Source: Octopus sinensis
Lineage: Eukaryota
Direction of reading: 5' to 3'
Assembly: GCF_006345805.1 (NCBI RefSeq)
Contig: NC_043013.1
Coordinates: forward strand, 31,372,001-31,436,000
Length of the DNA stretch: 64,000 nt
Part shown: positions 27,462 to 39,973 of the stretch, piece by piece
How the letters are laid out: each line of letters starts with the position of its first letter
Numbering within the stretch: the first letter of the stretch is position 1
Position numbers and translations under genes: made by a program
Notes under the pieces: generated by a model
The model's database searches: none
Told to the model about the DNA's origin: nothing
What the model saw: only the letters and a program-made list of their open reading frames with translations

Positions 27462-28198
27462 GTATGGCACTATGTATATACATATATACATATATACATA
27501 CATACATACATACGTACATATATTTACACTGTATATATGGATACGTTTAATAAAATTGAGTTACATTACCACAGAAATGAAAGTAGTAGTATGCCATTTA
27601 TGTATCTGTTAGAAGCGTCTAGATAAATGTTAACATAGATTAAACAGTCAGCGTACCGGCCACGCATATAAATCTATAAAAGTTATATAAAGCTTATATA
27701 AGTCCTGGTTATTTTATCTCAAAATATCGAATTCACCATACACAACAACCTTGTAGACAATTTCATTATTTTAACTACACAGCGTGAGATTCGCTTAGAT
27801 GATCAGAGCAATAAATAGTAGAGACCAACTATTAGTGAAAAACATAATCAGAATATATATGGTGTCAGTGTCTGGCTAATTGTTCTACATATGATTTATT
27901 GCAGCATGAAATTCATTACATTTAGGAAGTTAATAAAGTGAAGTCGAGATTTAAATCATATATATATAAAGAAGGAATCACAACTGTATTCTGAGAATTA
28001 CAACATAAAAGAAGGCAAACGCAAAGCCTACAATAATAAAAACCGTCAAAAGAAAATCGTTTTTAAAATTAAATTAGAAACGTATGTATCAAAGCAAATT
28101 GTTAAAGAAAGTAGACATACGCTTTACAGGGGAATTATATTTATTATTTAAAATATCACAATATATAAATAGAAAAGTAAAAATAAAAGTAAAGCACG

Positions 28199-28233
<35 letters not shown>

Positions 28234-28260
28234 ATATGTGTGTGTGTATGTATGTATGTA

Positions 28261-28295
<35 letters not shown>

Positions 28296-28381
28296 GTGTG
28301 CGTATATATAATATATATATATATATATATCTTTTATGGAACAAAGTTGACGTGACTACGTAATCAAAGGAATCAGATAGT

Positions 28382-28435
<54 letters not shown>

Positions 28436-28487
28436 GCCTCTCTATCTACACAAATAAATGTTTAAATGTTTATATACGTATATATAT

Positions 28488-28488
<1 letters not shown>

Positions 28489-28586
<98 letters not shown>

Positions 28587-28635
28587 CCGAGATAGTGAGA
28601 TAGACAGATAGATAGATAGATAGATATATAGAGAG
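28489..28635. repeat. (TAGA)n/(GA)n microsatellite
   Basis: Read directly from the sequence. Confidence 0.95.
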
Positions 28636-29420
28636 AGAGTGAGACGGATGAGAGGGAAAGTGAGAGACAAATATAAGTAATTTGATAGATTGAAATACAT
28701 AGGTATTTGAATCACTGGCAATGCGTATAATTTGAACGCAAAGTGTGTTGTAATTTAATAAAAAATTTGTTTAGTCCCATAATGATTAATTAAGCGCCGA
28801 ATTAAAGATGCTGAAACAGCAAATAATCAGCGAACTGTTATAGCAAAACGGAGATTGGAAACGCTACCATTAACACTTCATAAATTTCGTCACTTATCTA
28901 AAATGAATTTTTTAATATACCTTGTTTCATTGGTGGAAATTTAAAAAAAACACATCACTAATTCACTTACTTTATTCATATAAACAGACTTACGCATTCT
29001 GACTTGTAACGTCTCCACCGAACACAACTTACGTGCGTGCTCTTCCACGTTTGCCTATGTAGTATTTGTTAGCTTATTTAGGTTTCTGTAAATAGTTATT
29101 TTTAGTATATGACTATCATCATCCTTGTACATGGTGTATATATGCAAATATTTATTTGTATTCACAAGCATGAAGATGCAATTATTTCTTTCCCTCCTTT
29201 CTCGGAACTTTACTCTGAAATGCATTAATATATATATATTTTTTTACATCGATATATTAAACTCGCATCCACTCAGCTGAGTTCTGCTGCTTGGCAATCA
29301 GTTTCTGATATTTACGTTTAGTATTGTAATACAGCTAATTATGTTACTGAAAATAATTTATATGTAAGCATTTATGCACCCAGTCTAATTCGGTTCAAAA
29401 CCATATTAATATGTTTTGTT

Positions 29421-29749
29421 GTTGACCCCCTTCGGTCATGACACTGACCATAGGATTGCACCTAGAAAGTCACCCTCCTAGTCACAAGTCTGGGCAAGGT
29501 GGTTTATGGAAGACCAGCAGTCACCCATGCATACCGGCCTCCCCTCTCCACGCCACCAGTATTATCCAAGGGAAGGGCAACGGCCGATACAGCTTGGCAC
29601 CTGTGCGTCGCAATTCATTTCTACAGCTGAGTGAACTGGAGCAACGTGAAATAAAGTGTCTTGCTCAAGAACACAACACGCAACCTGGTCTGCGATTCGA
29701 GCTCACAACCTCACGATCGTAAGCTCGACGCTCTAACCATTGAGCCATG
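29421..29749 (-). mobile_element. Full-length tRNA-derived SINE (third family) with CORE-like centre
   Basis: Minus strand: TGGCTCAATGGTTAGAGC (A box), GCTCGAATC (B box), GTGTTCTTGAGCAAGACACTTTA (CORE-like) and a LINE-like tail ending GTCATGACCGAAGGGG. Confidence 0.85.
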
Positions 29750-32700
29750 TTTTGTATCTCAATATATTTAGCATTTCCCCAGCCGCAAAACAGATTTGAG
29801 CTTTCTATCATGAATAATGATGCATTATCCTTTTTTTATACAGAGATGTTCGGAGATAATTTTGTTGTGAATTATCAAAAAACAAATCGAAGCTCATTTC
29901 TGTAAACTACAAACGAAATAGCTGGTATAATTTTACAATCATTGCATGATTGACTGATTGATCCCTATATGAATATAAATTATTCGAAACTATTTAATTT
30001 TCAGTATGTTTCTACACTATATTTTCCATGACTACATAATTTCTATATCCATTTTCACCGAGTTACGCGTTTTTTTCTTTATTTTTTCCAATTACTATGC
30101 AAAAATTACACATGTTTGATGCCGTTTTCTATTATAAACGAATAGTAATCCTCACATACATAACATCAGCGAATGAGGAAGACGTACAGGCAACGGTTGA
30201 TAGCGTATATTATAGCTCGAGAACGTAAAAGATGCAAAAATAAAGTTAAAATATATGCATTTCTAACAATATCTATAAACTTTAGAAAACTTAAGGCTCA
30301 AGATTATGACTTGCATCCAACTATCATCGAAATATAATCGAACGCTATAATCTCAAATATATTGTTATACAGATAATTTACACGTTATTTATGATTTGGG
30401 CTGAACAAACTGCTATTTTCTGTAAGATAATTACAAGCTATGTAATATTGTTAACCAATATTTGCTTTTTACATTCTTCGTATATGTGCCTTTTTTCAGA
30501 CGAATATTTATAATTTTTATTGCAATGATTGTTGTTTCTAGATCAACTATATTTTGTAAAGTTCTACAAAATGAAAGTTATTGAAAGCTATTTTAATTCT
30601 GACCTATTTCTGCCCTTTTATTTCGATCATGAACAAACTAAGTAAAATACGTGAGGATATTTCTATCATGCAACGCATCAAAGTTACTATGCCATACTAC
30701 AAATAAGAAATTGAAAACAACAAAGATAAATACTAACGTAATAACTACACATCAATGCTAATAAACATAAATTTTCTGGTCTGTCCATGGTCACAGGATT
30801 TGCTCTGAAGAGCAATCATCAGTGTTTGGCTAACATAACGATAGCCCTATAACTACTAGTAACTCCTTCTCATATCCTTCGGAGGTCATGGCATCTTTAT
30901 TTTTTGTCCCTGTTCGAACAACATGTCATTAATTCCAAATGGAAATCTACAAATGTTTCATAAATGCATAGTAATTTTAATCATTCTTGTTAACATAAGA
31001 CTTTAAAATTACTCGTGCAATGATACTTCGACTACACTCTTGCTGCAAGTCGTTCCACTAGCCTGCGAATTGTTCACCAGAAAACAACTCTCTAACAATA
31101 TCAGTGGAAGCATTCATTTTCCTGTCTTTTAATTCTTAACAACCCATGTAAAGTTTGGCACAGGTTTGCAATATAGATTAATTTTATCTTTTCATTGGAC
31201 ATCGGTAATATACCATATCGATCTAAACATGCTATGAGAGAAGAGTACCAGCTCTCACTGTAGATTTACCAAACAGAACATGTGATGTTTGTTAATAAGA
31301 AGCTGAAAAAAGTATGCTTTTGTATATTCGACACTATGTACAATCTACTAGTGGCTGTTGTAGTTGAATTATTTAAAAGATTTTGCCAGATTCTGTTTAT
31401 ATTGGCTGGACGTTTCCTGAATGAACAATAGGTATTTGTTTATATTTATTAGCATTAGAAAGCCATAGATTTATATTTATTACTGTTCAGAAGGTTCTTT
31501 TTTCAAATATCGGGTAACAGAACACCTATCGGGATTCATTTAGCTGACGTATAAAACAAATCCTTTCTTTTTGTGCATTATACTCAATTATATTGATACG
31601 TTCTATTCTATGTCAATTGCGTCAGAATAATATACCAAGTATCAATCGTTCATGAAGTATGATGCATAATATTCATTCGGTTCTAGGTGACAGACATTTC
31701 CAGATGTATCGTGGTTTTATCTTTTAAATGGGATCTCAAGTGAGTTCCTATTAAATCATAAATTTCGGGAAAAATAACGTTGGATCAATGCTTGTTTTTG
31801 CGCCATATTCTTCATTGTCTCTTACATTGCACTTTCGCTTTTGTCTATGTGGTAGGTTTACGGAGGAGAGTTCAAATTACTGACAGATGATTTAAATAAG
31901 TATTTTTTCTATCTTTGTTGTATTACTTGGAATTTGCAGCAACAACTATAACAATTCATGTATGAAGTTGTGCTTATATCTATCTCAACCGAATACCAAA
32001 GACATATGTTATGTTGTCGATTTTGTCATTTCCTCAGAGTACAGGAGACAGACACCGTTAGGTTTAATGTTTTAGTCACTATTTTTTTCTTTCAGAATAG
32101 ATGTAAACAACATATTTTGACAAACTTTCCATGTTCAAACTTTGTTTAGTTTGACTAAAAATTTCCAAATAAAAATACAATGTCAAAAATATTCACACAC
32201 ACTGAAGGCATCAACATATTTATCAGCAGAACGCAATGTGTTTTTTTTTTTATATTATGAAAAACATAATGAAAAAGGATTTCAAAGTTACAAAACTGTT
32301 TATTACGATATGAAACAAACTGCAAATATATCACTTCTCATGAATTATAATCGCAAAGCCATAAAAAGCTATAATTAAATGATGAAAATAGTATTTTTCT
32401 TAATGGTAAAATGGTATGTATTATAAGAAATTATCTATTCAAAATTGACAGCAAGGAAGTGAATTGGTGACGTGTCGCTGCTATATATCATATACTATCT
32501 ATTTTTCAGTTGTTTAGCTCTATATCTATTCCGACTTTGCACACATCCGATGAGATGTATTTTAGCCTTTACAAACTGGGAATTCATTCTTAAATCCAAT
32601 TTTTCCTTTTAAGATAGCAGGATGAATTTTTATGTAGACTTGGTTGCTGTTACAAACCGAGTAAGGGACTAGGTTGTTACCTCACGCTAACATTGGAAAA

Positions 32701-33967
32701 AAGGAACAAGGCGCACCCTTTTCCGTTTTATAAAGCCATATTACACGAGATTGCGATGCAAATATTTATGGTATGTAACACAATAGTTACTACAGTAATA
32801 ATTTTATTTCGAATACTTAACTTGTTTTTATTTTTTTGTGCGGAAGAATTTTATTTATCTACAGTATTTTGTCAGGTTGATGTGTATTGGGTTATGAGGT
32901 AAAAAAAATCACATAGAATGTCACATCTGAAGAAAATAAACGTTTTTGCAGAATAACAGACGAATGCTCGCTACAACATCAATGAAAAGTAAACTGTATA
33001 ATGTATGAAGCCAAAATGTCACTAGCTGAAAGCAAACTAAGAGAGAGTGGAAAAAATATGTGGCTGTTGTGCAAAACCGGTCTAAGCTACAAGTAGTACT
33101 TACATACTGCTTCGTTTAACATCTGGAAATCAGGACAACAATGACCCTGGCGAAGTGAGTCTAAGAAATAAAAATAATATAATACCAATGCAAAATTGCT
33201 GGTGATTTCAGGCCGTGTTTCAGGAAAAAACGGGAGATAGATTATTTGCTTTACTGAGAAGTTTCCATATTGCAAGAATTAAAATTCAATGATACCTGAA
33301 CTTCTGATCTTCCTAGGATGCTTGCACATCAATCTCCACCTCCTGTCTGCTGGAAGATTTAGAGGAATAACTACCGAAATTCTAGAACCAGCCAATAAGT
33401 ACCTTCCTTGATTGGCTTTGTAAACTAAATCTACGGATTCACATGTACAGGTACGCTCATAAGCATAACAAACTCAAATATAACAATGAACACATACCTA
33501 TTATACAGAGGATACAAACCAGCTGCCCACGCACATACACACACAGCATAAACAAACAACAATCGGAAAACGAACCAGCCCACGTGATGCACAATATCTA
33601 CAAACCAAGAATATTTTGATAACTTTTCACCTAAATATAACAGGAGTTACGGCCCTGCTCAATTTTGTCCCCTCGAATTCTGATCTCAACGTAATATTAC
33701 CACCTTATTTCGGACTGATCAGAGATCCATAAAAAAATTACACGTTAAATAATTGTATGTAAATATATATTCCACGCCTAGTGTTCCTCTGGCTGTACCG
33801 GAAGTATATATTAATGATAATAAGAATAATGTATATGTATATATATATACATACGTATATATCGATATGTATAGACATTTACACATGCACCTATGTATGT
33901 GTGCGTGTCGATATGTATGTATGTATATATATGTGTATATATATGTGTATATATATATAATATATAT

Positions 33968-34015
<48 letters not shown>

Positions 34016-35009
34016 ATAATTAGAATAACAAGGGAACGAGAATTGTTATGAATGCATATACACACACATATATCAATGTCTATGTACATTTAAAGAGAGG
34101 CACAAAAAGGGGGAAAGATGGGGAGGGAGTTAGTGTTAGCTTGTTTCGTTGTCTAGCTAGGCAAATGCTGCAGAATAGTTTTGCTTCTAAAAATTTAACA
34201 GTAGAAGAAGGTTACCGATAGCTATGATGAAAATATGTACAAGGTGCGGTTTAATCACCGAACCTCTTCAGCGTGGTAGCATTTTATGGGCAATACCATA
34301 TGAAACGCGTAAAAACATAAAAGAAAAAAGAGACACGTAATAAAAATTCTTTATTTAATTATAGTTAGATGAATACTTAGATATATTATATATATATATA
34401 TCATTGTTATAACCTGTTCATGTACATTGTTCTGGAAGGATACTCAGGTGTGATTATGGATTTCGCTTTGTTTATACCAATAACGAAAATCACGAACGCA
34501 TTCATGTGCATGATTGTATATAAATGAACCTTAGAAACCACCATTTTAAATAGTTACTCTATTAATTGAAATATGCTACTTGTATGATATTCCATTGTGT
34601 GCAATTCAAAAACATACAATATGAAACAATGTCTTCGATGTTGTTTGCTTTGCTTTTTTTTTCTTTGACTCACAGCTTAAATATAAACTGGAGGTGAAAT
34701 AATGTAAATAAATTTCTGATATTTATATATCGTATTTAGAATTTACAGAAGTTCAACAATCATTAATGCGTTTCCCATTTGGAAATGTGATACTGAATGA
34801 AAGATAAACAAAACATATGATATATTATATTTTAAAATTATCGGCACAACACAAGTGACAATAGTAATCAAAACCTCAGTAAGCGATTAGAGTAAAAGCA
34901 AATCACAGTTTGGAAACAACACGCTGCTTGTCACGATCATTATAGGTGGTACACTATCGCAATTGTTAATATAGGCATTATGAAAAAACAACATTATTAA
35001 ATGTATGCA

Positions 35010-35082
<73 letters not shown>

Positions 35083-35100
35083 TATATATATTATATATAT

Positions 35101-35132
<32 letters not shown>

Positions 35133-35444
35133 ATATATATACATATACGTATATACATATACATAAATATATATATATGTATACAAACATACCTACCATA
35201 CAAAAACGCTTGCATGTATACATATATACATATAGAGGTGTATACTTCAGCATAAGTACTCTGCGTTCAATTCCTACAGCTGGATGACTCTACGAAATAA
35301 TGTTTCCAGGATACACTGAAAAATATTTGGTTAAATCTACCCGCAAATGTCCTGCGGAAAATGTTAAATGCGATTGAGATATTCGATGTAAATTAAAGAA
35401 GAGTGTAACCCATTTCATCGTGGTATACAAGACATGAAATTTTG

Positions 35445-35668
35445 ATTATGATGACGATGACAACGATGATAATGAAAATTATAATGATGCTGATCATGAT
35501 AGTGATGACGCTGACGACGACGACAACGACGACGAGGATAATGATGATGATGATGATGACGAGGATGATGATGATGACGATGACGATGATGATGATGAGG
35601 GTAATGACGATGATGATGGTGATGATGAGAATGATGATGATGATGATGATGATAATGATGATGATGAA
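35445..35668. repeat. Imperfect (GAT/GAC)n microsatellite
   Basis: Read directly; source of the poly-Met ORF in the track. Confidence 0.95.
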
Positions 35669-36430
35669 TGGGAGGAAGTTAGTATTTATTTTATTTCATT
35701 CCTTCTCATTCTCCACCACAACATATCACACTTCACAGAAGTAAAGATTTTATAGGTATTTGCACGAAATTATACATATATATTGGTGTGCGTGTGCATG
35801 TGTGCTAGTTTACGAGTAGCGTGCGTGTTTGTGTGTGTGTGTATGTACGTGTTTGTGTGTCTGTTCTATGTCTGTTCGTGTGCAAGTGGAAACCTATCCA
35901 TGTGAGTGTATGTACATCCCTGTTAATACAAAGGGATCTGTCAATAACTATGTATTGAAATGCACAATACAATGCACTTTGAATTTTGCAAGTATATTCA
36001 TACAGAAACTGGTAAATGCGCAACATATTTTCTCCCAAATAACATGGGCATACATTTATGAATCTCCTGCGCATCCATTATTACATCTGTTCCTTTCCTA
36101 TGTGAATAAGTATACGGCAGGCATGGATACATCTGGATATACATCTACGCTTTGACTTTGTTGTGTTTGTTGACAATTATCCTAAAATTATACATAAAAT
36201 ACACGTTACTGTGTGCGTATCTAAATGTGTGTGTTTGCATTACTGTGTAAGCGTGCATATATGTATATGTATATATATATAAAATATGAATTAGAGATAA
36301 AACCAATATTATGCAACTCAAACAGTGATAGACATAAACCAATACATAAATAACAAATAATATATATAATTAATATAATATATAATTTATATATATATAT
36401 ATTTTCAAAAAGTATAAAATGAATGATAAA

Positions 36431-36827
36431 TCTTTATATATAAAAGTGAGGTTGTGTGCTGTCTGTCTCCTACGATTTAGATTCCTAACTACTCCCACAT
36501 TTTGCGGTGCAGTTTAACCAAAAACGGGTATCTTATAGTCGTGATTCATATCGAGCCATTCTGGGTATTAGCGCGCGTCTACGATGAATCTACGATTTTT
36601 AAAAAAATTACCATAAATTTTTTCCATTTTTAATGCATTTTTGGCATATATAAGGGAAGTAACTCTCTAAAAATTTATTATAAAATCTCAGAACGTAAAA
36701 AGCTACAGTAACACCTCCCCCCTTTGTGGTTAGCCATATTGAGATAGCTATTATACTTTACATCTCTAAAAATGCTTATATAGTTATTTCCCTTACAAAC
36801 CCGAGCAACGCCGGGCGATACTGCTAG
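36431..36827 (+). mobile_element. Non-autonomous Helitron, 397 bp
   Basis: Starts TC after an A (A|TCTTTATATATAAAAG). Subterminal hairpin CCCG-AGCAACGC-CGGG at 36800-36815. Ends CTAG 36824-36827 followed by T, with no TSD. These are the standard Helitron termini. Confidence 0.85.
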
Positions 36828-36899
36828 TATAATATAAAAAGTAAAAACACTACGCAGGTTTGGTGTTATACTCCCTAATATTATTATTACTATCATATA

Positions 36900-37808
36900 T
36901 ATACGTTTATATATTTGTTGTGCAAGATTTTTTATGTGAAGTCATGTGTTGAAACAGATATTGCAATATTTCGGAAAGGTCATTTTGCCAGTTTAGCCAA
37001 TAAAAACACAGGCACTATATATTTGGTATTACTTTGCTTCAGTGTTATTTATTTTTTACATTAATCTTAATCTTATTTCGGCCATAGTTCTTTTGTCACA
37101 CTCCTGTGACCTCATCAGTGGTCCTTTGTTTTCTTCTTTCTTATTTGTGTCTCTCCTTACTAACCGTTAGCCATTTTGTATTTATATTGTATGTCTTCAT
37201 TTGCGCATGCTTATATCTCTATGTGCGTCTATGTTTATTTAGTGTGGGGGGATGTCTGTAATATTTGTATCTTCTGTTTATATTCATTCATGTAATTTGT
37301 TTTTGTTGTTGTTGTTGTTTTTGTTTAGTCTTATTTTGTTCATGTGTTTACATCCACTTATTATTATTATGATTACATTTGCTTGTATGTATGTATGTAT
37401 GTATGCATAACAACAATGCTAGTAATAGTAATAATAATTTTTTAAATATCTTTTAAATTAAACAAAAAAAAACTTATATAGTTATTTATTTCTATTTGTT
37501 TATTTATCTGTGTATTTTATATATAATGTTTTCGGTTTTGTTTATATTGTAACCAGTTTATTGGGATCCTCTACCGTCATATGTTGTAGTGTGTGCTAGT
37601 GTTCCATTCCATTTTGCTATTCAGGCTAGGGTTTATTTTCTATTATGTGTGTAGCTTCTGTAATTTCTCTGATTGTTGCATCTGTTCTATGTGTGGACAA
37701 TATTTAAATTTCTTTGTTGTTGATTGATCCCCCGTGTTCTTGTTCGGTGTGTTGGTACAGAATCGATGATCTTTTACCTTCCTTCAGTTCTCTCCAATGA
37801 ACATGGTT
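36900..37808 (-). mobile_element. PLE 3' remnant: GIY-YIG C-terminus (37808-37578), A-rich 3' UTR, hammerhead core (37121-37070)
   Basis: HWRELKEGKRSSILYQHTEQEHGG...KEI*ILSTHRTDATIREITEATHIIENK(fs)PSLNSKMEW matches the S.L..H...H / R.I.EA..I / P.LN tail of GIY-YIG nucleases. CTGATGA-GGTCA...TGGCC-GAAA lies downstream. Confidence 0.8.
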
Positions 37809-37811
37809 GAA

Positions 37812-37920
37812 ATGTACAGATAAACAACAAGCAGGTGTATTAGTTTGAGGCTCGGGAATGTGAGAATGTGTTTTACGTTTCTAGCCTACGCTCTTCAACA
37901 GAAAGCAACGCGAGGAAATA
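37812..37920 (-). mobile_element. Family-A element fragment with CUGUUGA-core hammerhead
   Basis: TTTTACGTTTCTAGCCTACGCTCTTCAACAGAAAG is homologous to 45130-45167. Confidence 0.75.
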
Positions 37921-37926
37921 AACATA

Positions 37927-38200
37927 GAAGTAAAGAATTTTGCCAACGTAACATGGCAGTCCTGGTTTAGGAAGACTGTTGCTGTACTTTAGCCACAGGA
38001 GACGTCGACTCCATCTGGCTATACGACAAGATTTTTGTCCTTATATTTTCGAACAAGGGAATCTAGTACCCACTTTGTTCGAAAATATAAGGACAAAGAT
38101 CGTGAGGTATAGCAAGCTGGAGACGATGTCTCCTGGGGTTAAATTACAGTAACATTCGTCCTAAGCAAGGCCATGTTGTGTTGACAAAAATCTTTACTGC
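37927..38200. mobile_element. Foldback/MITE-like palindromic element, ~130 bp arms
   Basis: Inner 23 bp arms are perfect (TTTGTCCTTATATTTTCGAACAA / TTGTTCGAAAATATAAGGACAAA). Imperfect symmetry extends outward to GAAGTAAAG / CTTTACTGC. Confidence 0.8.
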
Positions 38201-38271
38201 AAAATTACTGTTGCTGAATATCTCTCGTGTTGAGATTTAAAAATATAAATAAACATTTATATATGTATAGT

Positions 38272-38329
<58 letters not shown>

Positions 38330-38511
38330 AATGTATGTATGTATGTATGTATCAGTATGCATGTATTCATACAGAATTCCTTACATTTATATGCAAATGA
38401 AGCTTAGGCAATACCATGCAGAAACATACGGGCCGAGAGACACAATTAAAACTAAGTGAGAGTGGAAAAATGAATGATTTCTGTAACGAAAGTGGCAGAT
38501 AGACAGACATT

Positions 38512-38623
<112 letters not shown>

Positions 38624-38770
38624 GGACAAAATTAGCTGCACGCTTCTAGTATATACTATAAATGCAAATGGCTGACTATCTTTCATTAACGTAGTCTTAT
38701 AGAACTTCGCTCACAGATGTGTATTCAGGGACAAAACAGATATGTATAGAGGGATGCACACTCAGATTTT

Positions 38771-38812
<42 letters not shown>

Positions 38813-39776
38813 ACACACAGACACACATACACACACACACATACACGCACACATCGCTTCACATTACATGCAAACACATATTAAAGCACATATCTGCCAA
38901 CCATTCTGGAATTGTTCAAGCAACCAATTGTAAGTTTACTGATAATATTCAATGATTAGATGATTGCAAATGCAATGTCTAATAATAAATCAACCCAATA
39001 AATAGGACGTGTAACACATAAGCACCAAGTAGCATAATCAGAAATAGATTTAAGAACGAAGTCCGATGCAAAATTAATGAAAAAATATCACACATAAAGC
39101 TACGATATACTAACTAGCCCGCACTATTAATCTGCTCTTTCGATAGCAATCGAGTAGGGTGCAACATCGCTATTCTAATATATTTGGGCTCTGAACTAGA
39201 AAAATATTGATAACTTGTCGATATTTCATTCAATAGTTGGATCCGCTTCTATGGAATAAAGCTGTAACGTCAAACGAACAAAACATTGGCTTCTCTAAAG
39301 AGAAGAAATATGAAATATTTGCGTGAGTTCTTTCAAATTTTTTGACAGAAGAGAAATAAATATAGGAATGCAAGAAAATATGTATTAAAGAAAGGGGAAA
39401 AAAAACTCAAAGTCATAAAAAGATAATTCTCCTTATTGTAATCCTCTCACTCGTGTCCTAGCGATGAATATAGCACTAACATTAGGTAGGTTTGTCTGGA
39501 AGCAATTTATTACATATTATGTAGCTTTTTCATCAATTGTTATTGTTCAAATATACTTTCACGTTCATCTATCTATCTATTTATCTACTCACACACACAC
39601 ACACGCACACACAGATTTATACATATATTTATAGGTAGAGACAGAGAGAGTTTGAGAAAGAGAAGAAATAGACTAATAGATAAGTGTGTTTATATATGAG
39701 CATATATGAATATACATATGCAAACACACACATATATGCATATATATGTGGGGTTCTGGGAGTATGTACACATATA

Positions 39777-39808
<32 letters not shown>

Positions 39809-39911
39809 CATATATATATTATATATATACATATATATATATTTACATATTCATATATATATATATATTATATATATATACATATATATTTACATATTCA
39901 CATACATATAC

Positions 39912-39973
<62 letters not shown>

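Noticed and set aside
30785-30825. Minus-strand CTGATGA followed by a TTGCTC/GAGCAA hairpin
   Set aside because: No GAAA after the hairpin and no stems I or III.
34224-34315. ATGATGA...ATATG / CATAT-GAAACGCGTA, resembling a hammerhead with a palindromic stem III
   Set aside because: C3 is missing, stem I does not pair and the stem II insert is about 60 nt; too many exceptions.
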